From Vulcanimicrobiota bacterium (lineage in GTDB: Bacteria; Vulcanimicrobiota; Vulcanimicrobiia; Vulcanimicrobiales; Vulcanimicrobiaceae), in contig CAVTCS010000003.1 of NCBI GenBank assembly GCA_963733295.1, positions 2,464,001-2,528,000 of the forward strand: a DNA stretch of 64,000 bases, in the 5' to 3' direction. The notes below the pieces were generated by a model, which saw nothing but the letters and a program-made list of their open reading frames with translations, was not told the DNA's origin and made no database searches. Position 1 is the first letter of the stretch; each line of letters begins with the position of its first letter. Below are positions 20,571 to 29,986 of this stretch, in pieces. A program made the position numbers and the translations under genes.

Positions 20571-21275
20571 ATGCACGAAACGATCGATCTGATCTCGCAC
20601 CAAGCGCTGCGCGAACTTCGCGCCTTCACCCGGAAAACGGCTCAGCCGACGACGCTCGAACTCATGGACCTCGCTCCGATGGAGCACGTGAGCGATATCG
20701 AGATCGACGAAGAGCACGTGACGATCCGGTACAACCAGAAGACGACGCACAAGTACAACGTCGACGAGATCACGCACAAAGAGTGGATCTACAAATATAA
20801 CGACGATGCCGAGTTCGTGCGGGCCGTCGCCGCGGTCATCGAACTCGCGCGCAAGCACTTGCGCGACCTGCCCGAAAACGTCGCCTGCCCGCCGGGTTGC
20901 GCCGAATGTTGCAGCGGCTACGAGCCGTTCGTCAACGCGGGCGACGTGCAGCGCATCGCGGATCGCTTGGGCATCTCGTACGCCGAAACGCTCGCTCAAT
21001 ACGTCGTCCAACGCCCCTCGGCCGACGGTTTCGTCGTCGGTTTCCTGCGCAAGGTCGACGAGGATCTCGCTTCGCAGTGCGTCTTCCTCAAAGGCGATCG
21101 CTCGGGCCGCCACTATTGCGGCATCTACGAAGCGCGTCCGGACGACTGCCGGGCGTTCACGCCGATCGGCTGCGATGACGTCGACGATTCGCTGCGCCAC
21201 GACCGAACGTTCGCACCGGGAGCGCCGTTCCGGCCACGGCACGCGGCCACGAACGGAAAGCGCAAGCGCCGCTAG
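20571..21275 (+). CDS. YkgJ family cysteine-cluster protein with N-terminal extension
   Basis: CPPGCAECC..CVFL..CGIYEARPDDCR. Confidence 0.85.
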   Translation: MHETIDLISHQALRELRAFTRKTAQPTTLELMDLAPMEHVSDIEIDEEHVTIRYNQKTTHKYNVDEITHKEWIYKYNDDAEFVRAVAAVIELARKHLRDLPENVACPPGCAECCSGYEPFVNAGDVQRIADRLGISYAETLAQYVVQRPSADGFVVGFLRKVDEDLASQCVFLKGDRSGRHYCGIYEARPDDCRAFTPIGCDDVDDSLRHDRTFAPGAPFRPRHAATNGKRKRR

Positions 21276-21279
21276 CGCG

Positions 21280-21855
21280 TTAGCGGCCCGCTTCTCCGAG
21301 GATCGCGTACACTTCGCGCCGCGCCCGGTCGACGATCTCGCGCACCTTGCCGGCCGCAACCGGATCGCCGTCGCGCGCCACCTGCCAGATCGCCGCGCCT
21401 AGCCGGAAGGCCGCGTCTCTGAGGTCGTGGCGAATGTCGTGCAGCTCTTCCGAATCGGCGCTCGTCTCTTCGGGACGCTCGTTCAGGAACTCGCGGCCCG
21501 CATCGGTCAACGTGTAGACGCGTTTGCCCTCGACGGTCTCCGAGGTGACGTAGCCTTCGTCTTCGAGCATTTGCAACGTCGGATACACCGAGCCGGGGCT
21601 CGGGCGGTAACCTTCACGCTGCGCCTCGAGCGCGCGAATCACGTCGTAGCCATGGCGCGGCCGCTCGAGCAGCGTTTCGAGGATCGCGAACTTGACGTCG
21701 CCGCGGCGAAAGCGCTGCTCTCCCGGGAAGCGTCCCCAACCGAATTCGAAGCCGCCGCGATGGCGCCGGCCGAAATGTTTTGCGCGCATGTGAAAGGCCG
21801 CTTTTGCGAATTCTTGGACCGAATCATGTAGGTCGTTTAAATCATGTATTGGCAT
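21280..21855 (-). CDS. PadR family transcriptional regulator
   Basis: RGDVKFAIL, HGYDVI, PSPGSVYPTLQMLEDEG, KRVYTLT. Confidence 0.95.
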   Translation of the reverse strand: MPIHDLNDLHDSVQEFAKAAFHMRAKHFGRRHRGGFEFGWGRFPGEQRFRRGDVKFAILETLLERPRHGYDVIRALEAQREGYRPSPGSVYPTLQMLEDEGYVTSETVEGKRVYTLTDAGREFLNERPEETSADSEELHDIRHDLRDAAFRLGAAIWQVARDGDPVAAGKVREIVDRARREVYAILGEAGR

Positions 21856-21860
21856 GTCGA

Positions 21861-21889
21861 GACGATATCACGATATATCGCGATACGTC
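21861..21889. promoter_or_regulatory. Probable PadR operator overlapping the padR promoter
   Basis: Perfect palindrome CGATATATCG at 21871-21880 flanked by further CGATA copies, between divergent genes. Confidence 0.6.
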
Positions 21890-21926
21890 AAGACGTCTCC
21901 GCACTTCGCTGTCGAAGGGGCCACCC

Positions 21927-23462
21927 ATGGGCGAATACGACGTGCTGATCGCCGGGGCGGGCCACAACGGCCTGGTCGCGGCAGCCTATCTGGCCAGGGC
22001 CGGAAACCGGGTGCTCGTGCTGGAGCGAGCCGAGCGCATCGGCGGCGCCGCGGTGAGCCTCGAAGTCTGGCCCGGCTGGAAAGTTTCGGCGGCATCGTAC
22101 GTCTGCAGCCTGCTGCATCCGCGCATCATCTCGGAGCTCGAGTTGGAAGCGCGCGGATTCGCCGCGTATGCCAAGGATCCGACCTCGTTCACGCCGCTCC
22201 TCGACGGGCGTTCGCTCTTGCTCGGCCGCGACGACGCGGCCAACGCGCGCGAGATCGGCGCGTTCGAGGCTCGCGACGTCGCGGGCTTCGCTGCTTTCGA
22301 GCGCGAGGCGACGCGTCTCGGAAGCGCGCTCGCCGACGCATTCGACGCCGGCGACGCGAGCGAACGCGACTTCGACGAAGCGACGCGAACGACGCTGCGA
22401 GGTTCGGCCGCGGCGCTCGTCGAGCGTTTCGTGCGAACGCCGGTATTGCAGGCGACGCTCGCGACCGACGGGCTGATCGGAACCGACGCCGGTCCGCACG
22501 ACCCCGGCACGGCGTACGTGCTCGCGCACCACTATGCGGGCCGCGCGCTGGGCAGACAAGGCGCGTGGGGCTACGTCCGCGGCGGTATGGGGAGCATCTC
22601 GAACGCCATCGGCGATGCCGCCCGAGCGGCCGGCGCGCAGATCCGTTGCAACGCCGAAGTCGCGCGGATTTTGACGCGCGACGGGCGCGTGCGAGGCGTT
22701 GCGCTGGCCGACGGCAGCGAGCTTTACGCCGAGACCGTCGTGTCGAATGCGGATCCGCTCACGACGTTCGGCCGTCTCGTCGCAGCCGAAGACCGCACGC
22801 CCGAACTCGAGGCGAAGCTCGCGAGTTGGCGCTGCGAAGGCGTCTCGCTCAAGTTGAACCTCGCGCTGGGCGAGTTGCCGGATTTTACCGCGCGCCCCGG
22901 CCGCGCGGCGGCGCCGCACCATCGCGCGACGGTTCACGTCGCGCCCTCGCTCGAGTATTTGCAGAACGCTTTCAGCGCGGCGCGCGCACTGGGAAGCTCG
23001 CCGGCGCCGATGCTCGAGTGCTTCATCCAAACGCCGACCGAACCCGAACTTGCGCCGCCCGGCAAGCATTTGCTCTCGATTTTTGCGCAATACTTCCCGT
23101 ACTCGCGCGCCGACGGCCCGTGGGATGCGGCAAAGCGCGAAGCCGCCGCCGACGCGATCGTCGCGACGCTGGCCCAGTACGCCCCCAACCTTCCCGGCGC
23201 AATCGAGGCGCGCCAGATTTTGGCGCCGCCGGATCTCGAGCGCGAATTCGGTCTGCACGGCGGCCACATCTTCCATGGCGAACTGCTGCCGGGCCAAATC
23301 TTGAACGAGCGGTTCGCAGCCCGCACGCCGATCGCCGGGCTCTTCTTGTGCGGTTCCGGCGCATCGCCGGGCGGTTGCGTGAGCGGCATTCCCGGTCTGC
23401 GCGCGGCGGAAGCGGTGCTGGTGGCACATCGAATGAAACTCGGCGGACCGGCGCGTGTATGA
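21927..23462 (+). CDS. FAD-dependent oxidoreductase, phytoene dehydrogenase-like (PYROXD2 type)
   Basis: GAGHNGL, ASYVCSLL, GGMG, GHIFHG, PGGCVSG. Confidence 0.9.
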   Translation: MGEYDVLIAGAGHNGLVAAAYLARAGNRVLVLERAERIGGAAVSLEVWPGWKVSAASYVCSLLHPRIISELELEARGFAAYAKDPTSFTPLLDGRSLLLGRDDAANAREIGAFEARDVAGFAAFEREATRLGSALADAFDAGDASERDFDEATRTTLRGSAAALVERFVRTPVLQATLATDGLIGTDAGPHDPGTAYVLAHHYAGRALGRQGAWGYVRGGMGSISNAIGDAARAAGAQIRCNAEVARILTRDGRVRGVALADGSELYAETVVSNADPLTTFGRLVAAEDRTPELEAKLASWRCEGVSLKLNLALGELPDFTARPGRAAAPHHRATVHVAPSLEYLQNAFSAARALGSSPAPMLECFIQTPTEPELAPPGKHLLSIFAQYFPYSRADGPWDAAKREAAADAIVATLAQYAPNLPGAIEARQILAPPDLEREFGLHGGHIFHGELLPGQILNERFAARTPIAGLFLCGSGASPGGCVSGIPGLRAAEAVLVAHRMKLGGPARV

Positions 23463-23483
23463 TGGACGGGAGGTGTTGTTACC

Positions 23484-24092
23484 TTGAACGCAGCTGCCGA
23501 CTATGCCGCCGCCCGCGAAGCCATGACCAAACCGCTGCCGGCGTACGTCGCGTACGTTTCGCATACGATAGCCTCATTCGGTCCGTTCAAGCACGATGAC
23601 ACCCGGCACATCGTGGTGCGCACGAGCGACGGCAAAGTCGTCAGCGGTCAACCTTCGAGCGTGAATATCGGCGCAAATACGACGTATTCGAGCGACGTCA
23701 TGACGCACCCGGTGTTCGAAGCGGACTGCTACGCCGCAACGGGCGCGCGCAGTGCGGAGTTCGAGGGTAAGACGGTCGAAGCGCTGAGCATTCACTACAC
23801 GTGCCACAACAACTCCGGCGACAACGAAAAGGATTTCGAAACGCTGTACGTCGACCCCGTGACCCACGATCCGATCGCGGCGGTCGAACAGAACAGCGAT
23901 TCGCACATGGAGGCGTTTCTCGCCCAGCACTTCACCCGCGCCGGCGAGCACGTCGTGCCCTCAGGACTCGACGTCAGGGTCAAGGGCAGCGGCTACTTGG
24001 CTTGGCTCGACATCACCGTGCACCAAGTTTATTCCGGCGTTTCCTTTTCGGAGCATATACCGCCGGCGGCTGCAGCCAGCACCGCACCCTAA
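23484..24092 (+). CDS. Hypothetical protein
   Basis: TTG start after GGGAGG; protein-like composition. Confidence 0.7.
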   Translation: MNAAADYAAAREAMTKPLPAYVAYVSHTIASFGPFKHDDTRHIVVRTSDGKVVSGQPSSVNIGANTTYSSDVMTHPVFEADCYAATGARSAEFEGKTVEALSIHYTCHNNSGDNEKDFETLYVDPVTHDPIAAVEQNSDSHMEAFLAQHFTRAGEHVVPSGLDVRVKGSGYLAWLDITVHQVYSGVSFSEHIPPAAAASTAP

Positions 24093-24157
24093 GGGCCGCG
24101 AGCGCTCTTTCGTCGTTCCCGCTCGGAAGATGCGGCCGGAACGCCGAAAGCGGCAGA

Positions 24158-24742
24158 ATGCAAACCGAAACCGCCCGGCCGTCCCGCTTCGGCACGACGC
24201 CCGAAGCCGAACTCCCCGACGACATCCGCGAGATCTACGCGACGAATCGCGAGAAACTCGGATTCGTCCCCAACGTTTTTGCGGCGTACGCGAAACGGCC
24301 CGAGCACTTTCGCGCCTTCATGCACTATCACGACGTCCTGATGAAAGGTCCGGGCGGCCTCTCGCGCGCGGAGCGCGAAGCGATCGTCGTCGCGGTGTCG
24401 GCGGAGAATCGCTGCCAGTACTGCGTGACGGCGCACGGTGCCGCGTTGCGCATCCTCGGCAAGGACGAGCAGCTCGCCGATCGCATCGCCATCAACTGGC
24501 GCACCGCCGGCCTCTCGCCGCGCTGGCACGCGATGCTCGCCTTTGCTTCGCGCGTGAACGAGCCCGGCTTCGCGGCGAGCGACGGTGAGATTGCGACGTT
24601 ACGCGAAGCCGGCTTTTCCGACGACGACGTGTGGGACATCGCTGCAATCGCCGCGTTCTTCGGTTTTTCGAACCGTATGGCGGGTGCACTCGACATGCGC
24701 CCAAACCCGGAGTTCTATTCGATGGGACGCGCGAAGGCTTAG
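24158..24742 (+). CDS. Peroxidase-related enzyme (AhpD/CMD family)
   Basis: GFVPNVF, LSRAERE, NRCQYCVTAH, SNRMA, PNPEFY. Confidence 0.93.
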   Translation: MQTETARPSRFGTTPEAELPDDIREIYATNREKLGFVPNVFAAYAKRPEHFRAFMHYHDVLMKGPGGLSRAEREAIVVAVSAENRCQYCVTAHGAALRILGKDEQLADRIAINWRTAGLSPRWHAMLAFASRVNEPGFAASDGEIATLREAGFSDDDVWDIAAIAAFFGFSNRMAGALDMRPNPEFYSMGRAKA

Positions 24743-24746
24743 TCCG

Positions 24747-25298
24747 CTAGGCTGCCATCCCGAGACCGGGCGCGGCGAGTTCGTCGCGCATGCGCCGCTT
24801 GGCGCGTGAAAGATAGGTCTTGACCGTGCCGAGCGGGATGCCGAGAGCGTCGGCGATTTCGCGATAGCGCAAGCCCGAAACGTAGTACAGTTGAAGGACG
24901 CTGCGATAGTGCTCGGGCAGCACGTCGAGCGCGTGCTGCACGCGTTCGGCCTCGTCGTTGCGCAGCGCGTAGTCTTCGGGACCGAGCTCGGCCGGAAGCT
25001 CGTCGCTTGCGGGAAGCGCCGCGGCGCGGCGCCTCCGGCGAATCGCGTCGAGCGAGGCGTTGCGTGCGATCACGAAAAGCCAGCGCGAAAAAGGCCGGTC
25101 GGGGTGGAACGTTTCGAGACGCCGGTACGCGCGCAAGAACGCGTCCTGTGCGATGTCCTTGGCTTCGTCCGCGTCGTGCGTGAGCCGGTAGGCGAGGCGC
25201 GTAACGGGCGCTTGATAGCGGCCGACGAGTTCGTCGAAGGCCTCGCTCGATCCGGCGCGCGCTAGCGTGACGAGCGCGTCGTCTTGCACTTGGCTCAT
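24747..25298 (-). CDS. ECF sigma-70 factor
   Basis: AKDIAQDAF, FSRWLFVIARN, YREIA..IPLGTVKTYLSRA. Confidence 0.93.
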   Translation of the reverse strand: MSQVQDDALVTLARAGSSEAFDELVGRYQAPVTRLAYRLTHDADEAKDIAQDAFLRAYRRLETFHPDRPFSRWLFVIARNASLDAIRRRRRAAALPASDELPAELGPEDYALRNDEAERVQHALDVLPEHYRSVLQLYYVSGLRYREIADALGIPLGTVKTYLSRAKRRMRDELAAPGLGMAA

Positions 25299-25672
25299 TG
25301 AACGCCCGGCCTGCGAACCGGAGTCCGGCCGGCGTAACGCCGCGTTCGCCACGCGTACAGCACGCAAAGCGCGAACAAGATCGGCGGCACGATCAGATGG
25401 ATGCCGCCGTCGACGCGCCCTGCGGTAACCATCGCGCCGACCATGATCGTGGCGAGCAGCAATGCGACCGGCCGCGTCAGCGCGCCGATCGCGAGCAAGA
25501 CGCCGCACACGACTTCGGTCGCGCCGATCGCTAGCGAGAATATTGCCGGAGCGGGCAGGCCCCAGTGTGCGAATCGATCGGCGTACGTGGCGTGCTCGAT
25601 CAGTTTGTCGGCGCCCGAAACGACGAAGACAAACCCCAGCAGCGAGCGCAGCGCGGCAAGTGCAATCTGCAT
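25295..25672 (-). CDS. DoxX family membrane protein
   Basis: RSLLGFVFVVSGADK, E..CGVLLAIG..TR; ATGA overlap with the sigma gene. Confidence 0.88.
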   Translation of the reverse strand: MQIALAALRSLLGFVFVVSGADKLIEHATYADRFAHWGLPAPAIFSLAIGATEVVCGVLLAIGALTRPVALLLATIMVGAMVTAGRVDGGIHLIVPPILFALCVLYAWRTRRYAGRTPVRRPGVQ

Positions 25673-25725
25673 TGAAATCGGCCGGACCTGTTCCGCGCCC
25701 ACCCACGAAGGCCCGCTCGCATTGG

Positions 25726-25875
25726 CTAGCAAGCGTGCGTCGCCCGATCCGGGGCGCTGGCCGATATGCTGCGGTCTAAGCGGTCGAAGTATTCGTCGTC
25801 CAGTCGCACGAGAGGCCCGAGCCGCAGCTCGGCAAACCAGAGGGCGAGGGGGCTCACAGAGTCGCTTCTTTGCAT
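25726..25875 (-). CDS. Possible small protein (49 aa)
   Basis: ATG after GAGG, downstream of the leftward promoter; MQRSDSVSPLALWFAELRLGPLVRLDDEYFDRLDR. Confidence 0.3.
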   Translation of the reverse strand: MQRSDSVSPLALWFAELRLGPLVRLDDEYFDRLDRSISASAPDRATHAC

Positions 25876-25911
25876 TTCGAGCCTCGCATCCCGGAATCGT
25901 TCGATTCCCAG

Positions 25912-25988
25912 ATTGTTTACTGAATCAACTAATCCATTTGTAATCAATATAGTTGACGTTGTCAATAGTCTTAACATAGAATGTTTCT
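25912..25988. promoter_or_regulatory. Back-to-back sigma70 promoters with probable MarR operators
   Basis: Plus: TTGACG(25953)-N18-TAGAAT(25977); minus: TTGACA(25965)-N17-TACAAA; palindrome TTGAC-gtt-GTCAA; related site GTTTACTGAATCAAC near 25915. Confidence 0.75.
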
Positions 25989-26441
25989 GTGACCAAAGCG
26001 TCCGTCCCGGGTGCCCCTCCCGCTAGCGCGGGGAGCGAGGCCTGGCAGCTCGTTTACGAGCTGTTCCAAGCAAACAAGCCCTTCATGCACGCGCTCATGG
26101 CGGAGTTCGACTTGACGCCGATTCAGGGCTGGGCCCTGAAGTTGCTCAACGCGCCGCAGCCGCTCACGATGAGCGAATTGGCGGACTCGCTGGGCTGCGA
26201 CGCCTCCAACGTCACGACGATCGTCGACCGCCTCGAGACGCGTGGTTTCGTCGAGCGGCGTCCGTCGGCGATGGACCGCCGAGTGAAAGAGCTCGCCTTG
26301 ACGCCGAGCGGGGTCGACCTCATCGACCGCATCGCCATTCGGATGCATCAGCCGCCTCCCCCGATCGACAACCTCTCGCAAACCGATCAGGAACAGCTGC
26401 GCGATATCTTGCGCCGGGCTCTGGATTCGATCGAGGCGTAA
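25989..26441 (+). CDS. MarR family transcriptional regulator
   Basis: MSELA..CDASNVTTIVDRLE..DRRVKEL.LT. Confidence 0.95.
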   Translation: MTKASVPGAPPASAGSEAWQLVYELFQANKPFMHALMAEFDLTPIQGWALKLLNAPQPLTMSELADSLGCDASNVTTIVDRLETRGFVERRPSAMDRRVKELALTPSGVDLIDRIAIRMHQPPPPIDNLSQTDQEQLRDILRRALDSIEA

Positions 26442-26448
26442 GCCTCGC

Positions 26449-27417
26449 TTAGGGAGCGACGATCGCGGCGTAACTTCGCGGGTCGACGTTACCGCCGCTG
26501 AGAACCACGCCCACCCGCCGGCCCGTCACGTTTAACTTTGCGCTCAAGACTGCGGCGAGCGCGGCGGCGCCGCTCGGTTCGATCACGAGCTTGAGACGCT
26601 CGAAGGCAAAGCGCATCGCTTCGCGGAGCTGCTCGTCGCTCACCGTCAGGATTCCGGCGCATAGCCGCTTGACGATCGGAAAGGTCAGTCGCCCAGGCGC
26701 CCGGGTTCGCTGACCGTCAGCGATCGTGTCGGGAACGGCGATCTCGATCCGCTCGCCCGCGGCGAAGGAGCGCGCGAAATCGTCGCCCGCTTCGGGCTCG
26801 ACGCCGTAAACCTGGATCTGGGGCTGCAGCGCGGTCGCGGCCAAGGCGCAACCCGCAGTCAATCCGCCGCCGCCCGTCGGCACGATCAGGAAGTCGAGCT
26901 GCTGGACCTCTTCGAGCAACTCGAGCGCGACGGTGCCTTGTCCCGCAATGATCGCGTCATCGTCGTAGGGCGGCACCAGCGTCGCGCCGCGCTCGCGCGC
27001 GATCGTCGCGGCCAGTTCCTCGCGATTCGTGCCGCCTGCGTAGAACACGATCTCCGCACCGTATTCGAGCGTAGCCGCGCGCTTGGCGGCGGGAGCGTTC
27101 TCGGGCATGACGATCGTCGCCGGAATACCCAAGAGTTGCGCAGCCAGCGCGACGCCCTGCGCGTGGTTTCCGCTCGAAAAGGCGACGACGCCGCGCTCGC
27201 GTTCCGCCGCAGAGAGTTGCGCGAGCCGGTTGTAGGCGCCGCGAAATTTGAAGGCGCCCATGCGTTGCAGGTTCTCGCACTTGAGGAATACGGCGGCACC
27301 GCAGCGTGCGTCGAGCGTGCGCGAAGTCACCATCGGCGTCCGGTGCGCGACGCCGCTCAGACGTTGCGCCGCCGCGCGAACGTCGGCGAGGGTCAGCTCG
27401 CCGGTCGACGACTTCAC
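26449..27417 (-). CDS. PLP-dependent threonine/serine dehydratase family (3-hydroxyaspartate ammonia-lyase-like)
   Basis: KCENLQRMGAFKFRGA, SSGNHAQ, GGGGL, SGGNVD. Confidence 0.92.
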   Translation of the reverse strand: MKSSTGELTLADVRAAAQRLSGVAHRTPMVTSRTLDARCGAAVFLKCENLQRMGAFKFRGAYNRLAQLSAAERERGVVAFSSGNHAQGVALAAQLLGIPATIVMPENAPAAKRAATLEYGAEIVFYAGGTNREELAATIARERGATLVPPYDDDAIIAGQGTVALELLEEVQQLDFLIVPTGGGGLTAGCALAATALQPQIQVYGVEPEAGDDFARSFAAGERIEIAVPDTIADGQRTRAPGRLTFPIVKRLCAGILTVSDEQLREAMRFAFERLKLVIEPSGAAALAAVLSAKLNVTGRRVGVVLSGGNVDPRSYAAIVAP

Positions 27418-27794
27418 GGCTTGGCGTCGGGAGGCGGATGGATGCGAAACGCGGCGATCTTTCCGTCGGAGTCGATGCGCATTTGAATTTGCCACGTCGC
27501 TTTGTCGAACACGGCGTCGAGGACATGGACTCCGGCCGTTTCGCCGGCCACCTTTTCCTCGCGCGCGCGCTTGAACGAACCGAGCGCAACGAGTTCGTCG
27601 GAGAGTTCCCCGACTTTCGCGCGGTTTTCGAGTTGCGGGCGCGCCAGCGCGTTGAAATCCTTCTCGACCGGACGCATGTCGTTGGCGACGATCGCGCGCG
27701 TTACTTGGTCCGCTAACTGCTCGTAGTGATTTTCGCCGCCGCAGGCGGCAAGCGCCAGGACGAGGGCCGTAAGACCGGATTTGATTCGTTTCAT
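27414..27794 (-). CDS. Hypothetical lipoprotein
   Basis: MKRIK..LALAACGG lipobox; coupled to prfC by ATGA overlap. Confidence 0.8.
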   Translation of the reverse strand: MKRIKSGLTALVLALAACGGENHYEQLADQVTRAIVANDMRPVEKDFNALARPQLENRAKVGELSDELVALGSFKRAREEKVAGETAGVHVLDAVFDKATWQIQMRIDSDGKIAAFRIHPPPDAKP

Positions 27795-29437
27795 GGGCCG
27801 GCTACCTCCGTCGGCTCGACGGCCGAACCGAATTCCACGAAGTGCAACGAGGGGTTCCACTCGGCTGCCAGCCGCAGGCTCCATTCGCTCTCGAAGAGCG
27901 CGACCGGTCTATTCTCCGAATCGAGGACCAGCTTCGCGTTGGAAGGCCATTTGGCCGAAGCCAACGCTTCGGGCGAACCGCCGACGTGACGCGCGAGCGC
28001 GTAGGGAAGCGGCGAAAACTGCGTCTTGACGGCGTACTCCGCCTCAAGGCGATACTTCGCGACCTCGAATTGCAATTCGCCCACCGCAGCGAAGATCGGT
28101 TCCGAACGAACTTGGCCTTCGACATACAGAACCTGGATCGCGCCCTCTTCGGCCAGCTGCGCGATGCCCTTGCCGAACGATTTGTAGCTGCCGGTGTCGA
28201 CGTTGCGGACCGAGGCGAAGTGTTCCGGGGCGAACGCGGGAATGCGATCGTACGCGAGCGTGGGCAAGCCGGTGCAGAGCGTGTCGCCGATCGCGAACGT
28301 GCCGGGATTGGCGAGGCCCACGACGTCCCCTGCGAACGCGTCGTCGACGACTTCGCGCTCGCTCGCGAAGAGCTTCATCGGACGCGTCAAGCGCACGTCT
28401 TTCCCGGTGCGAGCGTTCCGCACCAGCATATCGCGCTCGAACTTGCCGCTGCAAACGCGCAAGAACGCAACCCGGTCACGGTGGCGCGGATCCATGTTGG
28501 CCTGAATCTTGAAGATGAATCCGGAAAAGCGATCGGAAGCGGGATCGACGGCTTCGACGTCGCTGCCGACCACGCTGTGTGCGTAGCGCGCGGCCGGCGG
28601 CGGCGCCATTTCGAGAAAGCCGTTGAGAAAGAGTTCGACGCCGAAGTTCGTGACCGCGCTCCCGAAGAACACGGGCGTTACTTCGCCGCGAAGCATCGCA
28701 TCGCGCTCGAACGGAGCACCCGCGCCTTCCAGCAGATCGAGCTCCTCCCGGAAGCGGCGATAGGTGCCTTCGTCGGTGAGCCCGGCGATCTGCGGATCGT
28801 CGACGTCGCGCACGCGAACCGGCGCGCGCTTGGCGCCGTGCTCGGTGCGCTCGAAGGTGTGGATCTCGTGGGTGCGCCGGTCGAACACGCCGCGAAACGA
28901 AGGTCCGTTGCCGAGCGGCCAGTTGATCGGAAACGCACCGATCCCTAAGATCTTTTCGAGCTCGTCGAGGAGTTCGAGCGGATCGCGCGCCGGACGGTCG
29001 AGCTTGTTCATGAACGTGAACAACGGAATGCGCCGCGCCCGGCAGATCGCGAACAGTTTTTTCGTTTGCGGCTCGACGCCTTTGGCGGAGTCGATCAACA
29101 TCACCGCGCTATCCGCGGCGAGCAGCGTCCGGTACGTATCTTCGCCGAAATCTTGGTGGCCCGGCGTGTCCAGCAGGTTGAGCGTGAAGCCCTTGTATGG
29201 AAACTGCAGCACGGTCGACGTGATCGAGATGCCGCGTTCGCGCTCGAGCGCCATCCAGTCCGAGGTCGCGGAGCGCGCGCGACGGCGCGCGGCGACTTGG
29301 CCGGCGGTATTGATCGCCCCGCCGTAGAGCAGAAGCTTTTCGGTGAGAGTCGTCTTGCCGGCGTCGGGATGCGAGATGATGGCGAAGGTGCGGCGCGTTT
29401 CAACGGCCTGCGCGAGCGCGGGATCGTGGGTAAGCAT
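27791..29437 (-). CDS. prfC: Peptide chain release factor 3
   Basis: RRTFAIISHPDAGKTTLTEK, DTPGHQDF, FKIQANMDPRHRDR. Confidence 0.98.
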   Translation of the reverse strand: MLTHDPALAQAVETRRTFAIISHPDAGKTTLTEKLLLYGGAINTAGQVAARRRARSATSDWMALERERGISITSTVLQFPYKGFTLNLLDTPGHQDFGEDTYRTLLAADSAVMLIDSAKGVEPQTKKLFAICRARRIPLFTFMNKLDRPARDPLELLDELEKILGIGAFPINWPLGNGPSFRGVFDRRTHEIHTFERTEHGAKRAPVRVRDVDDPQIAGLTDEGTYRRFREELDLLEGAGAPFERDAMLRGEVTPVFFGSAVTNFGVELFLNGFLEMAPPPAARYAHSVVGSDVEAVDPASDRFSGFIFKIQANMDPRHRDRVAFLRVCSGKFERDMLVRNARTGKDVRLTRPMKLFASEREVVDDAFAGDVVGLANPGTFAIGDTLCTGLPTLAYDRIPAFAPEHFASVRNVDTGSYKSFGKGIAQLAEEGAIQVLYVEGQVRSEPIFAAVGELQFEVAKYRLEAEYAVKTQFSPLPYALARHVGGSPEALASAKWPSNAKLVLDSENRPVALFESEWSLRLAAEWNPSLHFVEFGSAVEPTEVAGP

Positions 29438-29464
29438 TTCGTCGTTCTTACGACACTCCGGAGG

Positions 29465-29986
29465 CTACGGCCCGTTGCGGCCTACAAGCGGCGTGAGTAC
29501 GACCTTCGAGCCGCTCGGCAGGCGATAGACGCGCAGCTCGGCGCCGTTCGCGGTGCGGCGCACGAAACCAAAGCGTTCCGGCCAGCGATAGAACTGCGTG
29601 CTGGGAGGAATCACGAGGCGCTCGCTGCCGCGTTCGACGGTCGCGAAGCCCGCTGAGATTTCGAGCCGGCAGTCGGCGCTGCGGAGCTGCGCTCGACCCG
29701 CAACGGCCACTGCACCGACGGGCAATTGGGAGCGCACGTATGCCGGCGAACCGCGCGCCGAGAGCACCTGCTCGAAGCACTCCGGGAGTGCCGAAAGCGC
29801 CCAAGGGGCGTTGCCGTTGACCTCCGTTGGGACGTACGTCGACGGACCTTGCTTGCGAGGCGCACTCGGCGAGCCCGTCGATTGCACCGGCGCGACGCGG
29901 AGCGCGTGGGCTTGCTGGTTAAAGCGGAGCAAGACGAGCAACGCTCCAACGACGATCGCCGTAGCGAGCGCGTAGAAGCGCAGCAG
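29465..29986 (-). CDS. Hypothetical membrane-anchored protein (start uncertain: CTG 29986 or TTG 29941)
   Basis: Hydrophobic anchor LLRFYALATAIVVGALLVLL starts directly after the upstream TAA; GNAPWALSALPEC. Confidence 0.65.
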   Translation of the reverse strand: MLRFYALATAIVVGALLVLLRFNQQAHALRVAPVQSTGSPSAPRKQGPSTYVPTEVNGNAPWALSALPECFEQVLSARGSPAYVRSQLPVGAVAVAGRAQLRSADCRLEISAGFATVERGSERLVIPPSTQFYRWPERFGFVRRTANGAELRVYRLPSGSKVVLTPLVGRNGP

